A model generated the notes under the pieces. It worked only from the letters and a program-made list of their open reading frames with translations. It was not told the origin of the DNA and did not search any database. Positions 58,629 through 64,000 of a DNA stretch of 64,000 bases are shown here, piece by piece. Within the stretch, counting starts at the first letter, position 1; the number at the start of each line of letters is the position of its first letter. Both the position numbers and the translations under genes were made by a program. Source of the stretch: an uncultured euryarchaeote (lineage in GTDB: Archaea; Thermoplasmatota; Poseidoniia; Poseidoniales; Poseidoniaceae); contig CALBRH010000044.1 of NCBI GenBank assembly GCA_937899865.1, forward strand, positions 64,001 through 128,000. Direction: 5' to 3'.

Positions 58629-59048
58629 TTACAACTTCAGTTTTTTCAAAGATCTAACAATTGCCCGACTTTCCTTGTAATCACTTGGTGAAAAGTACCC
58701 TCTGAATTCACCATTTTCATCGACAGCAACTACAGCTTGTGGTGAACGCTGCCTAATTTGTTTCAATACTTTTGATAATTCTTCTGAAAGTTTAATCTCC
58801 ATGAAATCCATTTCCATATGTTCGCCACAAGTAGCTGTTTTGGTATCAATTTCTTTATCGATAGCAATCAATAATTGTTTGTAACCAAGAACTCCTTTAA
58901 CTTTAGAATCATCATCAAGCACAACAAGAATTCCTCCTGGGACAGTAAGCAATCTCCTTGCTGCTTCTTGAAGTGTGTCATTTACTCCTGCTGTAATATG
59001 TTCGTCGTTTAAATCCAAATCTGCGACTGTCTTGATTTCCTTCGACAT
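58629..59048 (-). CDS. CBS-domain protein
   Basis: TVADL..DTLQEAARRL..LVVLDDDSKVKGVL and VVAVDENGEFRGYFS form a CBS pair. Confidence 0.85.
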   Translation of the reverse strand: MSKEIKTVADLDLNDEHITAGVNDTLQEAARRLLTVPGGILVVLDDDSKVKGVLGYKQLLIAIDKEIDTKTATCGEHMEMDFMEIKLSEELSKVLKQIRQRSPQAVVAVDENGEFRGYFSPSDYKESRAIVRSLKKLKL

Positions 59049-59083
59049 TGATTAGTCGTAGGTGATAAGAGATTTGATACTTC

Positions 59084-60805
59084 CTAATTGTGAGTGAAAA
59101 TAACTTTATTATTTTCTGCAATTATTCCGTATCCTATCCTTTCAAGTTGAACTGATGTTCCCAATTTTATCTGATGGGATTCTAATCTACCTTCGATAGA
59201 AAGCAATTGACCATCCTTGACTAATTCAAGTTTGGAACTATCGGAGCTGTTTTGTGAAACCCAATGAATGATTTTACGCTTATCAGTTCGCTCTTTTGAA
59301 ACAAATGTGGCTACTTTGCCATCAATATCAAAATCACCAAACTCTTTCAATCTTAATGCAGAATGTTGTAAATCTTCACGTTCAATATAGACGATTGGAT
59401 TACTCAAATCAATTACTCTTGAACCCATTTCTGTATGGTTTGGATGTGTTGGAATTGTAATATTGTTTTCATTGATTCCTACCAATGATATCTCAACTGG
59501 ATCTCTAATAAATGCAATACGTGGTGCATTATCATCAATGACCTTGATGTTATGTGAGTACAAAGTTGCTAATGGTACAGCAATGTCCTTTTGAGTGACT
59601 CCTAATTCAACCCAGAAACTCCTTAGAGCACTTGCTTGAATTCCAGTACCACTAAGACCAGCAATAGTCGGCAAACGTGGATCTGACCAGCCACTAAATT
59701 TTCCTTCCTCAATGTCTTTGCGCATTTGAGATGTTGAGAATCCACCCCATTCGTGAACTTTTACTCTTCCCCAATACATTGTTTCTGGATATTTCCAACC
59801 AAAGTGCTCATACAGCAATGTTTGCTTTCTTGTTGAATCCATAAGGTCTTTACCACGAATGATATGTGTGACGCCTTGTAAATGATCTTCAACAGCACTT
59901 TGGAAATCTAATAGGGGCCATACACGGTACTTTGAGGCAATATTTTCTCTTGGATGAGGGTTGGCAATTGTATCTTGGATTCTCAGTGCAGGCCAGTCTC
60001 TAAGCGCTGGATTTTTTAGAGTCATATCTGTCTTGACTCTTACAACTGCATCGCCAGGATTGAATGTACCATCAAGCATTTTACTCCACAACTCTTTGTT
60101 GTAATTTACTTCATTGATTCGACATGGACAGTTGGTTTTACTGACTCTAAACTCTCGAAATGCCTCTGCACTACACTCGCAGACATAGCCAAAATCACCG
60201 TCGATCATTAAGTCAACATGTCGATAATATTCTTCAATTCGATCACTAGCAATAACAACTCTGTGAGGTTTGAATCCTAGTAACCATTCGGACTCTTGCT
60301 GTATGATGTCATAGGCTTCTACAAGAGGTGGTTTTACAGTTGTATCCGTGTCATCAAATCGAAGAATTAGCTCACCATCATATTCTCTTGCGTATTCTCC
60401 ATTGATTATAATGCCCCTTGCATGACCAAATGATAATGGTCCATTTGGATTAGGGGCAAAACGCAATACAACTTTTCCTTTGACAGCATTTGGTAATTCA
60501 GGTAATCCTTCTCGCTTAACTTGCTTTTCTCTTTCTTCAAGAAGTTCCGGAGCTTCATTTACTAGTATTTCTCGCAAATAATCTAATCCTTCATCACTTG
60601 CTAACTTATTTGCTTGAGCAACTTTTTGTGCAATTAATGGACTCAAAACTTTACCATACTGTCTCAAATCCTGTCTAATACTCATTAAGCGTCCTATGAC
60701 TGAACCAGGAGCAGCTTTTCCAGAGTATTCTATGGCATTTTGAATAGCCATATGCCATAGCATAGTATCGGTTTCATCATCCGGTGACCAATCCATGTCA
60801 AACAT
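59084..60805 (-). CDS. gltX: Glutamyl-tRNA synthetase (archaeal type)
   Basis: RFAPNPNGP..GHAR, LRFDDTD, NPALRDW, THIIRGKDL, GWSDPRLPT, QLERIGY. Confidence 0.96.
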   Translation of the reverse strand: MFDMDWSPDDETDTMLWHMAIQNAIEYSGKAAPGSVIGRLMSIRQDLRQYGKVLSPLIAQKVAQANKLASDEGLDYLREILVNEAPELLEEREKQVKREGLPELPNAVKGKVVLRFAPNPNGPLSFGHARGIIINGEYAREYDGELILRFDDTDTTVKPPLVEAYDIIQQESEWLLGFKPHRVVIASDRIEEYYRHVDLMIDGDFGYVCECSAEAFREFRVSKTNCPCRINEVNYNKELWSKMLDGTFNPGDAVVRVKTDMTLKNPALRDWPALRIQDTIANPHPRENIASKYRVWPLLDFQSAVEDHLQGVTHIIRGKDLMDSTRKQTLLYEHFGWKYPETMYWGRVKVHEWGGFSTSQMRKDIEEGKFSGWSDPRLPTIAGLSGTGIQASALRSFWVELGVTQKDIAVPLATLYSHNIKVIDDNAPRIAFIRDPVEISLVGINENNITIPTHPNHTEMGSRVIDLSNPIVYIEREDLQHSALRLKEFGDFDIDGKVATFVSKERTDKRKIIHWVSQNSSDSSKLELVKDGQLLSIEGRLESHQIKLGTSVQLERIGYGIIAENNKVIFTHN

Positions 60806-60840
60806 ACAGTCCTATGGTCGATACTTCATCAATTGAGTGG

Positions 60841-61560
60841 TTAAAATAGGGTAGTTTGGCCGCCACTTGAGACTAATCGACTAGGCATCTCAGACTCATA
60901 TTTTTCATCCCAAATTCGTTTTACTGTTGCCCATGACCAGCGCAAATCATCATGAGGCTTTTCATCAATCATTTTCCTAACAGCATCAATTGTCTTACTA
61001 TCGCTTGGGTAGCCAGAGCCGATTGGGAATCCAATTTGTTTTTCGATAGATTTGATTGCTTCATCACGTGCTTGCTTTGCGAGTATGCTTGCCATACCTA
61101 CAATAGGATAATTTTCATCAGCCTTGTGATAACTATTGATTGCAGAATTATTCCAGGGCCATCCTTTAATCAATTGAGAAATCCTTCTGCTAAACCTTTG
61201 TTCATCAACATCACACGCATCACAAATTATACTTACTTCAGAATTAGAATTAAAATCTAATTCATTTATTGATTCAGCGAATAATTCAGTTTCTAATCGA
61301 TTTAGGCCTTTGTCGTAAACTGCTATATCAATCCTTGATGGATGACACGGAATAAGGGCATAAGACCATCCTCTTTGCTCACAATTTTGTAAAAACCACT
61401 TACGTATTTCTTCACGTTTTTTGGCAGTCAAATCTTTTGAATCTTTTACTCCAGCTTCAATCAGTAATTTCACATCATCCTTTGGCAAAGCTACACTACA
61501 CACTACTAGTGGTCCAATCACTGGTCCTCTTCCAGCCTCATCAATACCAATTTCTATCAT
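60841..61560 (-). CDS. rnhB: Ribonuclease HII
   Basis: GIDEAGRGPVIGPLV, GVKDSKDL, HKADE, ASILAK, GSGYPSD. Confidence 0.96.
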   Translation of the reverse strand: MIEIGIDEAGRGPVIGPLVVCSVALPKDDVKLLIEAGVKDSKDLTAKKREEIRKWFLQNCEQRGWSYALIPCHPSRIDIAVYDKGLNRLETELFAESINELDFNSNSEVSIICDACDVDEQRFSRRISQLIKGWPWNNSAINSYHKADENYPIVGMASILAKQARDEAIKSIEKQIGFPIGSGYPSDSKTIDAVRKMIDEKPHDDLRWSWATVKRIWDEKYESEMPSRLVSSGGQTTLF

Positions 61561-61566
61561 TTTATC

Positions 61567-64000
61567 TCAAAAGTCTAAGTCATCTTCTTCAGGTAATGGA
61601 ACTGATTTGGTGTAATCATTATCATTGTCTGGTTCATCAAGCAAGTTCTGTGGATCATTTCTTTGTGTCATACTGGAGGTATATTGCTGAGCTTCTAATT
61701 TGGTATTTTCTTCGGCAGGAGAATTTATTCCTTCGGCGTTAATAGAGTCAAGTAATTCATCAGCTTCTTTGACTACTGATGATTTATCATGGGTATCAAG
61801 AACTAGTGATGCAGCATCTCTTAATTTTTCATTGACAGGTTCAGTAACTGGTTTTTGTCCGATAGATTTGCTTTTGAATCCACGTTCAAAATTTTCCGGA
61901 GATATTTGAGGAGATTCAATAGTACTAATTGTTTCATCGTTCTTTTTGTCAAATTTACTCATCCAGTCATCAGTTTCTGGTTTGTTATCTTTATTGTTAA
62001 TTTGGCTAAATATATCGTCCTGCTCAGTTCTTAATTTCCTATCTCGTAATGCCTTACCAATGATGAGTGTTGAAGCAACTAATGATAGAATAATCCACTT
62101 CCATGAAGAGATAAACTCTGTTGTTTGGGCGAATATTTTGACCAATCCTTCCTCTTCTTCTATGCTATCTTCCTGCTGCCATGGAACTCCTATGTATCCC
62201 ACATTGGTAGTAAATGATATTGGCTCATCAGGGGCAAAACTTGACCTAATACTGACATTGAGATACATAGTTCCGTTACTTGTCTGTTCAGTTGGTATTT
62301 CTGCCCATGCTCTAACAGTGAAGTTGGAGCCAAATTCAATATCATTAATCTCGAAAGAGCGAGGAAATTCAACTCCAGATTCAACTATTGAATCTACAGG
62401 TGGAATCAGAGTCATTTGTGTGAAATGTGAGCATTGTAACTGTACAATTATTCCATCTGCAGCATTACCATCATTGCGCAAAGTCATCGCAATATTAAAT
62501 CGCCCTAATGCATCTTCTTCTTCGGTCAAATCTTGAATTGACCAGTCAATTTTTGGAGCAATGACAATATCGATTGCAACATTTTTTACTTGACTAGGTT
62601 CATTTGTCAAATAGACTTGGAAAATAACTTGAGAATTGGAGAATGCTTCTACTTCATTTTTGGCAGTAATGGTAAAATCATCGATATCTGAGAAAGTATT
62701 CTTTGGAATTTCTAATGAACTTTGCTCAAAGTCAAGGGTGACAAATTCTGGAATTTGTATTGTGCTTATGGTGAATTGATCTTGATAATTTCCATCATTA
62801 AATATTCTAAACTCTGGATTACAACTTTCTCCAGGCAATAGTGTACAATCTTGGGATAACAATTCTGTTTCAAATGCTCTATCCCAAATTATTTGCGATG
62901 TCAAATCAACACTTATGGCCCTAGATAAAGCACCGTTTGGTGTAATTTTAACTCTAACATTAATTTCGCCTGAATTAGTATTTGGTGATTGAAAACCAAC
63001 CTCAAATGTTCTACTATTAGTTGGCATGAGGAGTTCTTCTTCATAGCCACCAAAAATAGCAACTGTCCAGCCATTATATTCTATTCTATCAGATATTGGG
63101 ATGTCATCAATTACATTTCCATCACTATCAATAATTTGTAAATCTAATGTGAATAAGTTTTCCACATTGCCAGAATTTCTTATCGTCACAGGTATTCCGT
63201 TGTTTGAATCTGGGTCGAGTAGCAAATCATCACCATGACTAGATAGCGACACATTTCGGAATTCTGACATCAGTAATTCAAAACTCCAAGTTACCTCAAC
63301 TAAGTCTAATCCTGATGTTGCAGTAAGTGAAAATCTTGGACCAGATAAATACAATGGGTTTGAATCAATAACTTGAGGAATATCAATCCACATTCTGATG
63401 AATTTCAACTCACCACTTTGGAAAGATTCCATAGCCATGCCATTTTGTACATTATCCATTGTCCAGCCCCATTGCCAGTTTGAATTCGTAGATATTGAGA
63501 AACTAACATCATCAGTAAACATTCCATGATTTGTCATGTTAACAGCTAAGTTTGTTCGCAAACCAGGGTCTACAATAAATTCTGAATCATCATCTACTCC
63601 AAATTGTAAATCAGAGTCTTTTGATATGATTAGATTAAAAAGATTCGAGTAAACTTTTCCTACTTCATTATCCGATGTTATATTGACAAAACTAATCACA
63701 GAATTATATGGTGCATATTCATCACAAGTGTAATAGAATTTGAACATTCTAACTTGTCCTGAATTTAATGTAAACTGATTTGGTAGATTTGAGATTGAAA
63801 TATTGTCAGGCAAAGCATAGGAAAAATCGATAATTGTAGTTTCATCGCCAACATTTCTAACAGTTATTGAAGCCTCTATAGTCTCGCCTCGATGAATTAT
63901 GTGATTATCGCTGGCGACAATCTCCAAATTGTCATCGGTAGAATCCGTGTTAGCACTTGTATTGCCAATGATTGGTGAGATGGTACAAATTAGTAGTAAG
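61567..64000 (-). CDS. Large surface protein with Ig-like (NPCBM-associated/CARDB-like) repeats, C-terminal TM and acidic tail; 5' end lies beyond the right edge
   Basis: The frame stays open upstream of the track's TTG 63927 to base 64000 (..LLLICTISPIIGNTSANTDSTDDNLEIVAS), which is the end of a signal peptide. Repeats V-x-N-x-G-N/D; TM WIILSLVASTLIIG. Confidence 0.82.
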   Translation of the reverse strand, partial: LLLICTISPIIGNTSANTDSTDDNLEIVASDNHIIHRGETIEASITVRNVGDETTIIDFSYALPDNISISNLPNQFTLNSGQVRMFKFYYTCDEYAPYNSVISFVNITSDNEVGKVYSNLFNLIISKDSDLQFGVDDDSEFIVDPGLRTNLAVNMTNHGMFTDDVSFSISTNSNWQWGWTMDNVQNGMAMESFQSGELKFIRMWIDIPQVIDSNPLYLSGPRFSLTATSGLDLVEVTWSFELLMSEFRNVSLSSHGDDLLLDPDSNNGIPVTIRNSGNVENLFTLDLQIIDSDGNVIDDIPISDRIEYNGWTVAIFGGYEEELLMPTNSRTFEVGFQSPNTNSGEINVRVKITPNGALSRAISVDLTSQIIWDRAFETELLSQDCTLLPGESCNPEFRIFNDGNYQDQFTISTIQIPEFVTLDFEQSSLEIPKNTFSDIDDFTITAKNEVEAFSNSQVIFQVYLTNEPSQVKNVAIDIVIAPKIDWSIQDLTEEEDALGRFNIAMTLRNDGNAADGIIVQLQCSHFTQMTLIPPVDSIVESGVEFPRSFEINDIEFGSNFTVRAWAEIPTEQTSNGTMYLNVSIRSSFAPDEPISFTTNVGYIGVPWQQEDSIEEEEGLVKIFAQTTEFISSWKWIILSLVASTLIIGKALRDRKLRTEQDDIFSQINNKDNKPETDDWMSKFDKKNDETISTIESPQISPENFERGFKSKSIGQKPVTEPVNEKLRDAASLVLDTHDKSSVVKEADELLDSINAEGINSPAEENTKLEAQQYTSSMTQRNDPQNLLDEPDNDNDYTKSVPLPEEDDLDF

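Noticed and set aside
59084-60805. GluRS HIGH motif reads SFGH and KMSKS reads FSTS
   Set aside because: Such deviations are common in archaeal, especially Thermoplasmata, GluRS. All other motifs are intact.
2435-62536. Dozens of 60-200 aa ORFs antisense to or nested in long genes (e.g. 2435..2884, 15550..15870, 25934..26350, 42079..42504, 61946..62536)
   Set aside because: They show no motifs, have Ser/Ile-rich composition typical of reverse-frame reads of acidic proteins, and fully overlap well-supported genes.
1-64000. CRISPR array, IS elements, rRNA
   Set aside because: I saw no regularly spaced direct repeats, transposase motifs or rRNA-like GC-rich blocks by eye.

Overview
Gene-dense, AT-rich archaeal chromosome segment. 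Archaeal markers include aglB, carS, arcS, archaeal-type uS15, GluRS and RNase HII, an agmatidine-type tRNA-Ile2, class III signal-peptide pilins and a PGF-CTERM protein. The many large acidic secreted or membrane-anchored proteins point to Thermoplasmatota, most likely Marine Group II (Ca. Poseidoniales); this is inference, not a database result. I support about 35 CDS and one tRNA, and see no rRNA, CRISPR array, transposase or integrase. Two edge genes are missed or truncated by the ORF track: a multi-lamin-tail-domain protein (<1..2240, minus) and an Ig-like surface protein (61567..>64000, minus). The best candidate for an undescribed system is the minus-strand cluster at 1..5565: a membrane-anchored five-OB-fold protein, an orphan TctA-like multi-TM protein and a protein with at least five LTDs. 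It is divergent from a SAMHD1-like dNTPase across a palindromic operator-like site. With an MBL nuclease plus three-pilin operon at 33474..38096, it resembles a split, ComEC-independent archaeal DNA uptake or scavenging apparatus (hypothesis). Other highlights: a 3181-aa AglB with an extra ~10-TM N-terminal domain and a long, sequon-rich, C-terminally anchored stalk; a pyroglutamyl-peptidase/Nudix fusion; a wHTH-STAND-TPR protein; a 1914-aa protein with DxDxDG repeats around a beta-propeller; and a catalytically eroded RecJ-like protein after rps15.
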